Notes: generated by a model not told the origin, from the sequence alone. A DNA stretch of 64,000 bases from Neoechinorhynchus agilis (GCA_051530055.1 CM121343.1:6852389-6916388); one strand, 5' to 3'; shown: positions 36,101-48,949, counted from the stretch's first letter. Translations and numbers: made by a program.

Positions 36101-36236
36101 CGTAGCAGACGATGCTGCCTACACCTACAACCAAACCGACGACTATACAAATGAATGTGGAACAGCGTAGACCAAACGCATGAAAGGTAAAATACAGAAG
36201 ACAGTCGGCATCCGAGATTTTATATAGAAGATCCAT
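33183..36236 (-). CDS. ACSL: Long-chain acyl-CoA synthetase ACSL3/4-like (multi-exon)
   Basis: Exons give [63 protein letters not shown]-like [17 protein letters not shown] and [10 protein letters not shown]. The 5'-most exon is less certain. Confidence 0.9.
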
Positions 36237-36610
36237 CAAAGAATCGTAGAGATTAAAAATTCATATTAAGCTCATCTCGAAAAAGAACAAAGGCGTTTGG
36301 TGCTATTTTAGGTTGTTGGTAAATCATATATATTGAATCTTCTTAAATTTAAGAGTTTCAGAAAGTTCCGTGATTTCACATGAAACTCAAAAACGATCAC
36401 AAAAGTTCCAATGTAAACTTAGTTTCGCCAATATTAGACGGCGACCATTATTTGAATTTTTCTAATTCCCATGTAGTCATTTTTCTTAAGTGCTTCTGGA
36501 TATAAAACCCGATCTCTTGATAGAAACAAGCTGCGTAACCGTTCGGTTCAGATATTCCGGCTTAATATTAGTATGTGGCGGCGGGGAAAAATTATATCAA
36601 ACACTGACTT

Positions 36611-36657
36611 TAATTGAAATATTTCGTTCAATCAAACTGAACTTCTTCAGTCAATTA
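36611..36657 (-). ncRNA. Minimal type I hammerhead ribozyme (intact core)
   Basis: Minus strand: TAATTGA CTGAAGA A GTTCA-GTTTGAT-TGAAC GAAA TA TT / TCAATTA. 7-bp stem I, 5-bp stem II, palindromic AUAU stem III, AUU cleavage triplet. Confidence 0.7.
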
Positions 36658-37106
36658 TTGCTTAAAAATATTCTATCAAACCTTTTTACATTTCGGATTA
36701 TATCGTCGCTGAAATAAGACCTTTGAACATCGTTTTGGTTGAATAATTCTATTGGAACAGCCGAACCGCGAGTCTTCGACTTTATTTAAAAAAATTCTAT
36801 CAAGTCTTCTTACATTTCGGATTATATCGTCGCTGAAATAAGACCTTTGAACATCGTTTTGGTTGAATAATTCTATTGGAACAGTCAAATCGCAAGGGTT
36901 GTTAGGAACCCCGGGCACCCGAGTTCTGCCCAAGCTACACTCACCATGTACTATTCTAGATACAGACGAAAATTCGTACAAATAAATCAGTCTTCGGGGA
37001 GGTTAATAAGGTTGCAACTATCAATAAATAATTCTATTGGAACAGTCAAATCGCGAGTCTTCGACATTATGTGGCGATGGGGAAAAATCTTATCAAACAC
37101 CGACTT

Positions 37107-37153
37107 TAATTGAAATATTTCGTCCAATCGCACTGGACTTTTTCAGTCAATTA
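37107..37153 (-). ncRNA. Second hammerhead copy (G8>A) with compensatory stem II change
   Basis: Same as 36611-36657 but stem II is GTCCA/TGGAC and the core is CTGAAAA. Confidence 0.55.
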
Positions 37154-37192
37154 TTGCTTTAACTTGCTAAATATGACTTATAAAGAAGTTGT

Positions 37193-37401
37193 TCATATTT
37201 ATCTATTTGTTCTTTGGTGATGAGAGAAGAATAGATTATTGACTTTTATTTATTCTGAATATTTCGTCCGTCTCTCTCATTGCGAAGAACAACTTAACTT
37301 TCTCTCTTATATCGAAACAATTTGAATTCCGAAGAAGGTGAATTAATAAAAATCAGTCTCTATTCTTCGCTCATCACCAAAGAACAAATAGATAAATATG
37401 A
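37193..37401. mobile_element. MITE/foldback with ~43-bp terminal inverted repeats
   Basis: tcatatttatctatttgttctttggtgatgag (37193-37224) is the exact reverse complement of 37370-37401, then one mismatch and ~10 more paired bases. No clear TSD. Confidence 0.75.
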
Positions 37402-38262
37402 TATAATTCGATATTTCTACGGAAAAACACACAAGCAACCTTGATAAAAAAAGCAAGATATTGTGCGTCCGAAATAGCGGATTTAAAAATAATTTAAATT
37501 TTCTGCTGCCTTAAATCACTTTAAGAACTAAGCTTTCGCTTTACACATTCATTTTAATAAATAATGTATTGAGGATTTTAAAACGATCTCCCTCGGGTGT
37601 CGACAAGCGACCTAAATAATGCACAAAAATGACAATTCCCCAGATTAAAACTGACTAAACAGTTAGAAAAACGTCGTGTCATTTTAAAGATTACTAAAAT
37701 ATTTAACAAGAATTTATTCATTTCAAAGTTCATCGAACCTACTCGTGGATTACTATCCAAACACTAAAAAGTTTTAAACAATGAATCCTGTGAATAACGC
37801 AATGTGAAAAACGCAAGTTTAGGGCGAAGAGTGAATTTCATATAATTTATGATCTCTCGTGGCTAAGGTGTGCGTGTTGTTTATGAGTTTGACGCTTCCG
37901 CTGTGATATCACTCCCCCACACACAATCATTTTATTGTGTTTTGAATTCATACAACGCAACTGACGCATCACCGTTGGAGTAGCAATGTGAAACGTTCAT
38001 TTAGGAATTCTGTAGAGCGCTCATGGAGAAGATTGTCATCTGATTACATACGCCGCGTGACGCGAACAATCCTTCTGTAGAATGGAACTACGATGATGCG
38101 GATTCAATTGCCATTTTAACGAAACCGCTTGAAATATACACAAAATCCTTAAATCGTGTGAAAATTCATACTTAAAATTCAGAATAAAATCAATATGCCG
38201 ACACGTTTCAGAAAAATTGAAATAAAAGCAATAATACAAGAATTTACCCAAAATATCGATAT

Positions 38263-38348
38263 GAGGCAAAGCTGCTAGCGTGATAGCGACAGCCGAGGAA
38301 GGAGAGAAGCTCCGATTTTGAGGACGGTGGTGATTGCACGTTCTGTAC
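38263..38348 (+). mobile_element. CRE-like 3'-terminal fragment inside the first satellite unit
   Basis: gaggcaaagctgctagcgtgatag...ggtgattgcacgtt matches 25449-25540. Confidence 0.75.
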
Positions 38349-38354
38349 TTTAAC

Positions 38355-39965
38355 ATTAACTAAAATGATCAAAGTTTGCGCAAAAGACAATCTTTTGGAG
38401 CAAAACACAATTAAAAATGATGTTTTTTGTGTCAATAAAAGTCACAATACAAGAATTTACCCGAAATATTGAAATTTGTTACATGTAAAATTTAATTCCT
38501 GGCACGAAAGAATGGCAATTAACTAAAATGAAGTTTGCGCAAAAGACAATCTTTTGGAGCAAAACACAATTAAAAATGATGTTTTTTGTGTCAATAAAAG
38601 TCACAATACAAGAATTTACCCGAAATATTGAAATTTGTTACATGTAAAATTTAATGACTGGCACGAAAGAATGGCAATTAACTAAAATGAAGTTTGCGCA
38701 AAGGACAATCTTTTGGAGCAAAACACAATTAAAAATGATGTTTTTTGTGTCAATAAAAGTCACAATACAAGAATTTACCCGAAATATTGAAATTTGTTAC
38801 ATGTAAAATTTAATTACTGGCACGAAAGAATGGCAATTAACTAAAATGAAGTTTGCGCAAAGGACAATCTTTTGGAGTAAAACACAATTAAAAATGATGT
38901 TTTTTGTGTCAATAAAAGTCACAATACAAGAATTTACCCGAAATATTGAAATTTGTTACATGTAAAATTTAATGACTGGCACGAAAGAATGGCAATTAAC
39001 TAAAATGAAGTTTGCGCAAAGGACAATCTTTTGGAGTAAAACACAATTAAAAATGATGTTTTTTTGTGTCAATAAAAGTCACAATAAGAATTTACGAAAT
39101 ATTAAATTTGTTAATGTAAATTTATTGGCACGAAAGAATGCAATTAACTAAAATGAAGTTTGCGCAAAGACAATCTTTTGGAGAAAACACAATTAAAAAT
39201 GATGTTTTTTGTGTCAATAAAAGTCACAATACAAGAATTTACCCGAAATATTGAAATTTGTTACATGTAAAATTTATGACTGGCACGAAAGAATGGCAAT
39301 TAACTAAAATGAAGTTTGCGCAAAGGACAATCTTTTGGAGAAAACACAATTAAAAATGATGTTTTTTTTTTTTTGTTGTTTTTTGGTGTTTGTTTGCGCA
39401 AAGGACAATCTTTTGGAGAAAAACAATTAAAAATGATGTTTTTTGTGTCAATAAAAGTCACAATACAAGAATTTACCCGAAATATTTAAATTTGTTACAT
39501 GTAAAATTTAGTGACTGGCACGAAAGAATGGCAATTAACTAAAATGAAGTTTGCGCAAAGGACAATCTTTTGGAGTAAAACACAATTAAAAATGATGTTT
39601 TTTTGTGTCAATAAAAGTCACAATACAAGAATTTACCCGAAATATTAAATTTGTTACATGTAAAATTTAATGACTGGCACGAAAGAATGGCAATTAACTA
39701 AAATGAAGTTTGCGCAAAGGACAATCTTTTGGAGTAAAACACAATTAAAAATGATGTTTTTTGTGTCAATAAAAGTCACAATACAAGAATTTACCCGAAA
39801 TATTAAATTTGTTACATGTAAAATTTATGACTGTGTGTCAATAAAAGTCACAATACAAGAATTTACCCGAAATATTGAAATTCGTTACATGTAAAATTTA
39901 ATGACTGACACGAAAGAATGGCAATTAACTAAAATGAAGTTTGCGCAAAGGACAATCTTTTGGAA
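38355..39965. repeat. 159-bp satellite, about 10 tandem copies
   Basis: aactaaaatgaagtttgcgc recurs at 38521, 38680 and 38839 (159-bp period) and onward; noisy stretch at 39060-39420. Confidence 0.95.
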
Positions 39966-40160
39966 TAAGAATTGGAATTATGTTTGGTCGGTTATTTTTG
40001 GTGACCCGTGCGGTTCTGCTGTGATGAAAACGTAGTCGACAAGAAAGAATCGAAAAGCGATTCAAGAGCAGATATCTCATTTGGAATCGGGTCTGTGTTC
40101 CATTCTTCTTACACTATGAGACGCAATGGGTGTAATTTGTAAGATCACAAATGTCTTAGG

Positions 40161-42167
40161 TCACATGGCTTCAAACTCGTCGATTCGGCGCTTTACTGTT
40201 CCTTCCCTGATTTTCTTTAAGGTCTTGTACTTATCAGCTCCTCGTGCGACTATATTTTCTTCATAGACGACGTCATTTGCGGTCACCTTAGAAGGATCAC
40301 GGACACCTCTTAGTTCCCGCTTGAGGCTTTCCAATTGCTCATGAACGCGATCTGCGGCACAATCCATGGCAGTTCGACGGGTCTCTTCAGGTCTTGCAGC
40401 GTTTATATTGACCTCCAACTCATGGGTCATTGGTTCACTGTTCATTTCGTCCTCAGCACTCGCTTCATCGACAATGTGACTGGCTTGTTGTTGTTGGCGG
40501 TGGTGGTGGTGAGGATGATTGACAAAGTGAACATAATGGCCTGAGTTGGAAGCTGATCCATTTCGAATCTGCGGCGGATTGAGCGTAGTCATTTTTGACC
40601 TACGACTACTGTACGATGACCTCATTGTGGTCGTAGTTGTCGTTAACGCGGCTGCACCATTAGCCGTTGAAGGTGTCGCATAGCTGTATATTTTGAAAAT
40701 AAGCCTGGCGACCATTCATCTAAATTTTGATTTTCAAACCTTATCGGTTTGTTGTTATAATTATGATGTATAGCGTCCGCATTCTTTTCCTCGAGAAGTC
40801 TTTGAAGACGTGCGATTTCTTTGACCTAAAACGTTCATAATGAAACGTCGACTGATTTTCCGGCGGTACACTTACAATTCTGTCTTTCTCAGCCTGCTCC
40901 ATCTTTACTTGTTCAAACAAACTTCTTTGTAGACGTTCACTTTCTCGCTTTACACTCTCAATCTCCTTAGCAGCATCCTCGGCTTCTCTTTTCTTCACCT
41001 CCAATTCCTTTTGAAGACGTTCCCTTTCAACTATCTCCTGTCGTGCCCTTAGAGCCTCCTCTTCCATCGCTCTGACCTTTTCTATCATTTCGTTACGCTC
41101 TCGTTCGGCTTGTTCTCGGAGCTCCATTTCTTGCAAAACCCGCTCACGTTCATGTTTACGAGCTTCCCTCTCTTCTTGCGCCTGAGCCTTCATTTGCTGC
41201 ACCTCAACACTCTCAGGACGTCGTCGTTCCATGTACATTGTATGATTTCCAATACACAAAGCCAATATCCGCTTATTGATTCTTAAACGCTGAACGTAAA
41301 ATACAAAATCCTTTGACTTCTTATCGGCTGGACGAATGACAAACTTCTTGTCATTGTAAGCTATGTTGCTGATTTCACTCCAAGGAAACCCGATTTTGGG
41401 AACCAACTTATCGTTTTTGTCGTAAATATTTAATCCGAGCGCATCTACGCCCAAATACAATTCCGTTTTCTTCTTGTTCATGATCGGAAAATAGTTAACT
41501 CCATACATCTCCAAATCCTGAGCAATCTTTAGATACTCACGCATTGCGTCCTCCCTAGCCATGCCGTGATGTTCCCTCCACCATGCGCTTATTTTCTCTG
41601 CCCATTGCTTAGGAGCAAGATTATGCTGACTGGTCACTCGTTCTGGTAAGAGATTTTCTTTCTCCAGCACTGAAATCGCCCTGGACTGATCGATGTCACC
41701 TCTGGTCGCCTGGATGGCATAACTGGCCAATAGAACACAAGTTTCGGGCGGACAATATATATCCTCACTTAAAATTTGTTCCTTTACTTGAAGAAAAAAC
41801 AAATTCAGCGTTATGTCTTGGATTATCTCTTCAGCTATGTCCTCCGGATAAAATTTAGCCCGCAAATTCACCACTAAAGGACATTTATCCAAACCACGCT
41901 TAATATCTTCATTTAGGATCTTCTTAGTTGGCCGCAACCAAGCCACTGAGTTCTTTGAGTCGATATATTGAAGACCAAACCACCAATATTCGCGTAGGCC
42001 TATCGTTTTCGTTACCTGCATCCACTTTTTTTATGAAAACGAAAACGATGTTTCTGCTCAACACCCACCTGATCGAATAAATGCTTACCAGTTGAGTTCG
42101 ATAGAACACAAAAGTCGATATCGGCATCCATCGTATGGACACGAATATCGATCTGCTTCGGAGACAT
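40161..42167 (-). CDS. MSN: ERM protein (moesin/radixin-like), 4 exons
   Basis: Exon 1 [19 protein letters not shown]...TGKHLFDQ; FERM domain; coiled coil; tail [24 protein letters not shown]. Introns of 53, 50 and 56 nt. Confidence 0.95.
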
Positions 42168-43059
42168 TGTCTACAACGAAATTTCTTACAATGGAGGATC
42201 CGTTTCGCGTACACGCGCGCTCGCCGCCCACAGCAACAGCAGCAGCTACTCTCAAAAGAGTAAGCGCGGTAACAAATACGATGGGCTCAATGAACCAATG
42301 TACGTGCATATCTCCTCCTTACCGACACGTAAAATAAGCACGTAAAAGTATCACGCATACCGGCACACCGAGGACGAACATCGCGCTGCATACGTACAAA
42401 AAGGCAGATTTGGTGACGAATACCGTTTCGGGTGTCGTTTTCAATAGGCGCTAAATGCACGAAAGAAAATTAACAATGTCCACTGGATCCAACAGTAACC
42501 GCGCACGGAATCTCAATTTTGTAATCTTTTTCGTATGAGGGGAAAACTCGCTGCAGCTGCTATCATGTAACCAATCGGTCCTCTGACTGTCACCGTAGAG
42601 CTACTGATGAAAGAGCGGTTGCAGCGGTTACCGCATGCTTGTCACTAAGCGCCAACAGAAAATGATAGTGTAACATTGTGTGCGTGTGCTATTTATACTC
42701 GCTTGCGTTTCGATCAAATACATAATTTGGCAAAACTCTTGGAGTTGAACACAAACTTGCTCGCTTTTTTTCAAAATGCACTCTTGCCGGTGGTACTTGT
42801 ACGTTTATCACCGTCTATATCACATTTTGTTTCATTTCCTAGCACGTATCTAGCACCGTCGACGTTTCGCTTGAATGATCGCTATTTACTGAATTGTGGT
42901 GGTGGTGGTGGCGGGTGATAAGGACCGTTGCGCCCTTATCACGTTTCCGGAATTCAATGGTATCCACTTTCTTCCGGTGATTCTTTGATGACGTCATTCT
43001 TTAAAGTTTTATTTTGTTTAAGAAGAGGAATCATGTAATTCTGGGTCCTCGCAATCACC

Positions 43060-43620
43060 TCAATTTGGAGTGGATGATGGAAGAAGATCAAGGACGGATC
43101 CGGGATTTAAAGTGGATGACGGAGTAGGAATTCGAGTGGAAAACCGATGAAGGACGGATCCGGAATCTGAGTGGATGATGGATCCTAAAATTTGGAGTGG
43201 ATGAAGGATCCGGGATCTAAAGTGGAAGATGGATCCGGAATTTAGGGTGGAGAGCGGAGTCGGAGTGTAGATGATGGATCCGGAATTTGGAGTAGATGAT
43301 GGATCCTAAAATTTGGAGTGGATGAAGGATCCTAAAATTTGGAGTGGAAGAAGGATGCGGAATTCGAGTGGAAAACGGAGTCGGAGTGTAGATGATGGAT
43401 CCGGAATTTGGAGTAGATGATGAATCCTAAAATTTAGAGTGGATGAAGGATCCTAAAATTTGGAGTGGAAGAAGGATGCGGAATTCGAGTGGAAAACGGA
43501 TAAAGAACGGATCCGGAATTGGAGTGGATGATGGATCCTAAAATTTTGAGCGGATGAAGGATCCGGAATTCGAGTGTAAAACGGATAAAGGACGGATCCG
43601 GAAATTGGAGTGGATGACGG
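43060..43620. repeat. Purine-rich ~21-25-bp minisatellite (ggatccggaatttggagtggatga)
   Basis: Many imperfect tandem units rich in GGATCC, with ~120-bp higher-order repetition (e.g. 43258 and 43378). Confidence 0.9.
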
Positions 43621-44053
43621 TCGACGACGAGAGAGAGGTCGACGATGAGAGAGCCGTTTTTTAACTTAATAATCCCAAAGGATTTTCTTAATATTATTCT
43701 TAAATTGAAACCTAATCACCAAACAAAATGTATCCATGTACAACTATCGTCCTGAACGATTTTCTGATACTGGTCGACAATTTTTCATTTTAATGTCCCG
43801 TTGTTTTTCTTCTTATAATAAGGAAATCTTACATAATGACATTTGCTAGGAAAGCTTCATGAGACCTTGTTAAATCGATTGTGAGGAAAGAGTGTAATAT
43901 TCCTGATTTGTTATGCTTCAATTTGATCTCATTTGAATTCTATCTATTTTCATTGTAAGGACCGCGAATGTTATTTGTTCACACGTTGTCACGGCAACGT
44001 TTTATCATGGGGTGGAACAATAATGGCACTATTGGCAGGAAAGACGTAAATTT

Positions 44054-47000
44054 ATGTCTCAAGTGGAACTTCTGCCTTACCATTTCATCGATACCTATGG
44101 AATCCCAACGAGGAATGGTACTAATATTGCTATGTTATCCGCTACAAAAATTGCATTCCTTCAAACGAACCGACTTATCATTTTCGATCCAACGTCCGAG
44201 ATTACAAAAAACATTGAATTCCGTCAAAATATTTCAAACATCAAATCTGATACTGCGATGAATCTGTTGGTTGTGAGAACGCAAGATGAAAATCATCGTA
44301 TCGGTCACTCTATATTTGATTTCGACGGTTCTTTATTATCGGAACTCGTGTTACCTCCAGATTATAGAAGTGTTGGATATGTGATTCCAAACCGTATATT
44401 TATGTGGGAAATTATTTCAATCACCCCGAAACAGTTTTTTCTTTTACAATGGGACCTGCAGTCATCCAAAATGGAAACACGCCTTCTCCTAAGAGGCATT
44501 ACACGACCAGTAGTGCATGTTCAGCTACACCCGAGATCCAACCGCCGACTTCTTGTGGCTTATGGCTCGAACAAAATCAAAGTCTTTTATATAAATGAGG
44601 ACGACGCAACATGCGAAAGTACAATTGAAGTCGACATTTTACGAGTGACGCTCGCTAGATGGATAACTCCGGAATTCGTTTTGGTTTCCGGAAATTCGTC
44701 TTGGTGCTTAGTAAGTCTCAAGAAAAATGGCGTTATTTGGAAGCGACGCTTAGGAGATGCTGATGCAGTCTATCTTGCAGAATCAAAGGGTTTCTTTTTC
44801 TGCCTCAATCGAGATCATTCACTGTTTGTGTTACAATTAAACTCTCATTATGGTAAATTCGAAATTGTCTGGAATGCATACTTAACCGCCTACTTTGACG
44901 TCAGTGAAGTTAAAGCAATTTATGTGTTATCATGACGAATTATCTTTTATGGGGTTTTAAAATCCCCAAACTTTGTTTATTTATTTATCCTTACAGTCAG
45001 ACATACGCATGGTTATGTTCTTCAGATTGATTGGTCTTGCGGGGAGCCTTTCGGCTAACACACATCGGATGCACTTAGCCGCAATCGAAGGGCTAGGGCC
45101 AACCCACTTTTGAGGCCTATGGGTGATCTCAAACCTGACCCCCACCCTTCCAGCAGCCTCGCACACCCGTGGAACCCAGCGACCGTAAACTTTGTTGAGA
45201 ATGCCGAACTATTGAATTTGGTACATTTGAAATGCACATAAAACCTTGAGGTCGCAACTTTTGTATTATTGCAGAAAGTGGTGTAAATTTAAGCTTTTCT
45301 TGAAAATATTGTAATGTCGATATGCGAGGAGGTAGAATTATTGTCTTTTTATTTAAAAACATTTCAAACCTCGTCAGGTTTATCTTCGATAAGGAATTAT
45401 TTACCGGTAATTAAGTATCAATGTGCTGCCTTTTTCCACGGCTGATTATTTTCTCTATGGGCACACAGCCCACCACGGATTCATTGGTCAGGGAAGCACA
45501 TACGGTTATGAGTTTTTACGAATCGCTCCGAATCCTCAGATACTTCCCGAGGAGGCGAGACTCATCAGTGAGTTTCCTCTTTCCTTCAACAAAGTATTTC
45601 GTCCCCTTTGGTTGTAATTATCAGTCTATTGGAAAAAGGCTGCACATTGATACTTAATAAAAAGTTACCGGGTGGCCTTTTTAAAAAAAATAATTCTAAT
45701 ATTGAATATTATCCAGTTTTGAGAGTCTATGCTGCGAAGACTTTCCTATTTTGTACTTATATTTCTACTATATCGATCAAACGTCATGATAATCGTACAG
45801 TGATCAAGATTCAGACGATCTCACATTAGCTACATCAAATAATCACGTGTACCGCTTGAGCTTTCAAAAAATTCAAAATAAAGTTGACTTCACTACATCA
45901 GAATTATACCAACCATTTTTAAAGTTTACCGTTGCTCGTTATGGATTCTCGGTGGGAATGCACAAAGGCAATTCCATAACCCTTAGTTTATCGGACTTTC
46001 CAGCGAATGTATTGACGACGTTTCAAAATGTCATCGATGTGGATATTTTGGACTCCTATGATCGTATTTTTGCCGTCCTTTTCGAGACCAGCGTTACAAT
46101 TTTCTCATTAAGCGCAGGAATAAGTCCAATTTTCATTGATAGCAAAAACTTATCGGTCACATTCCGCCCCCGTTTTTGCAAATTCAACGAGATCAACATG
46201 CTATTAGTCATCGGCAGTATAAATGAGATCATTGTGCTGAATGTTTGGACGCAATTGTTATGTTCGTGGGTTCATCAATCAGAGATGCCGCTTTATTCAA
46301 TTTGTTGGACATTGCCCAGCACATACGCCGTGATCGCAGACTATGATTATAATATTACATTTGTTGAAATTATGAACGGCACAAAAATGGCTCAGGTTCA
46401 AGCAAATGAGGCAATCGTGGCAATGACGAATTTCGATATATCCGATAGTGTCATATTTGCGACAAAAGGTGGATCAATATTTTGTGTTCATGATGATGGG
46501 AGTATGAAGAAACTTTTAGATGTTGGCCTTCAAGTGCGGTCTATGCTGTAGGACATGAATTTCCGGTTTTGATGCTATCTTTTCGTAAATTCTTGTCAAA
46601 TGACAAAAACGGCATACTAATTCTTGGTTCAGTTGACGGTATGGCTTGTTTTTTCGATGTTCAATCGTACACTGAAATCGTTTTGATTCATAAGCTTCAA
46701 ATATTCGACGTGGACGCAATAAGCCACATAATTAGAAATCGAGTTGACCCTCTGGTGTATTTTTTATCTCCCAGTGGCGTATTAAGCACATTCCAGGATA
46801 CCAGCGATGAAACCATGGAAGATACAGGTTGGATTAAACCAATTTTATGTCATTATACCGAAATATTGTCCAAAAGTGAAATAGAACTCATGATGCAAGA
46901 ACGATTAGATGGACTTCTTGGTGGTTATAAGGAAATTGAAGATGAAATGAAATGCTATTATGATGATGAGATTGCTCGCATAGAAAGTTGGTTAGAGTAT

Positions 47001-48362
47001 TTACGTTATCGTGCTAGATTTATTCGTGATAAAAAGACGGTTAACCATGTAAAATGGTTGTTGGGTAAGTTTAATCTCGATGAAGTTGAGAAAGAGATAG
47101 TACGCTGGGAAGATAAATTGCGAAAGATTAACGAGAGGCGGCCCACAATCTTCGTCGACGGTATGGTGAAGTTTTTGACTTTTCTTTTGAAAACTTAAAA
47201 GGAAAAGGTCAAAAACTTTAGCAGTAAAATGGAATCAAGTATGGGACCCCGTATTCCGATATCCCGATTGCGGGAAGTTGAGACTGCGATCAAAGAACTA
47301 GATAAAGAACATAGATTCCAGTTCAAATTGTACATAACAATATCCGGAATGTACTTGGCTTTTGTTATAAATACCATTCAGCACAATGTTAAACTAGGTA
47401 AATTGATCAAATTGAGGATGGCTTATAACGAAGTTATTTCTCAAGACAATGGGTATTTGAGAGCTGATGCTCAAAGGACAGAAATAATATTTAATAACCT
47501 ATGGAATGGTTATGAAGACATTTTCGCATACATTGATCGTAGGAATGACAAAGCTGAAAGAGGATTCCGTGCCAAAATGAGAGAGTTCATAAATAATTTA
47601 AATTCACTCGCAACCTACATGGAAAAACATCGAAACATGCAAGAAGAATGTATGGGGACTTTACTGAATTTGAAGTACTTGCACTACCTGGAACGATTGA
47701 ACGACGTTCTTTTTCAATTCACCTTTAGATTATTCTTTAGAGGGGCTATTGAGTACCAGGATTATTTGCATGAACGTTTTTATGAAGATTACGTTGATGA
47801 ATTGGAAACAAAAGTACAGGAGGCTAAATCAAGAATTCTGCAGTATATACATCGTGTTCCATTTAGTTGGAAAGATTATCTTTTGCTTCTAAAACGACTA
47901 CCAAAATTAGTGATGGAGTATGAACACGATCTGTCCATTCTGCTTACTAAGTTCACCGGTTGCGATGCTTATAAAGATATAAGAAAGTGTGATGTAAGAT
48001 CAGGTCATGCTTTAACAGAACTTCCTCCTGTGTTTCGTTTGAACGCGAGGCAACGAAAATATATAAAAGGAGATGAAGCAAAGATAGTGGCGATTATTGA
48101 TGAACGTCAAAAGGAAGAAATGATCCTTTTTGATATATATCTTCAAGATAAAGAAGCCGGAATTGAAATTAGCCGAGTACTCAAGTCATTTCAATTGGAT
48201 GTAAACAAAATGTTTGATCTTAATCAATTGAATAGGTTACTTAAAGAGAAATGTGGTGTAAGGCATGTGATACAACGAAGAAAAGAACTCTTAATTGAGT
48301 TTAATCGTTTAATCAGAGATATTAATATGGAGCTCGGGGTTACTGATCAAATTATTCAATAA
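44054..48362 (+). CDS. CFAP43 (WDR96)-like: N-terminal beta-propellers plus C-terminal coiled coil (multi-exon)
   Basis: YGIP..NIAML...NRLIIFD, FFLLQWDLQSS and VVHVQLHPRSNRRL parallel the CFAP43 N-terminus. The C-terminal YEDIFAYIDRRNDKAERGFRAKMREF resembles CFAP43 YDNLLAEDKVMDRSFKKEF (alignment from memory). Confidence 0.5.
44978..45186 (-). mobile_element. Short retroposed insert (5'-truncated LINE 3' end or SINE) with (TAAA)n tail and 10-bp TSD
   Basis: TSD aaactttgtt at 44968-44977 and 45187-45196; homologous to 50246-50549. Confidence 0.85.
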
Positions 48363-48949
48363 TAAGCACGGATGACTTTAAACAAAAAACTTTTGTCGGC
48401 TGAAAATTAGTCACTGCAGTTTTGCAAGATTGTCTTTGCAATCGGGAAATTTGAAATTATGGATTCGTTTGAATTCTATTTTTTTAGTCATTTTTAGGGA
48501 TGGTTAAGAATTAAGAAAAATGTTTTGCTTTTAAAGCATTTCAATGAGCATCTCATAATATATCAACGAACGTTTGAAGATTTAGTTGTCCATGTTTTTA
48601 TATAGTAGGAAACTTACAAGCAACTTTTTATTAAAGCACAAGATTGTGCCGAGATATCGGATTCAATTATTAAATTACTTCAATTTTTCCGCTATATAAA
48701 AACATATCAAAAAGCACTGTGATGAATTGTATTGAATATTCTTTGAAATTCAACTTTTTTTATTGCCATTAGATGAAGAATGAAACTTATCATAAACTTT
48801 TGATTAGAGAAATCGGTAGATCCAAAGACAAAAACCTAGTCGAGGAAAATGTCCGGCCGCAAATAAATCTTCGTTTAAATGCCATTATGAGTATTCTTGA
48901 CAAATCGATTGAACATGAGTTAAAGTATTCACCAATATCGACGCCTACT

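Noticed and set aside
38650-38670. aatgactggcacgaaa in the satellite as a hammerhead
   Set aside because: It lacks the ANGA part of the core and stem II; probably chance.
39060-39420. Apparently diverged satellite units and a T/G-rich run
   Set aside because: The pattern of dropped single bases and low-complexity smear looks like long-read error rather than biology.
38355-39965. Regular repeats as a CRISPR array
   Set aside because: The units are contiguous 159-bp monomers with no unique spacers, there are no cas genes, and the context is eukaryotic.
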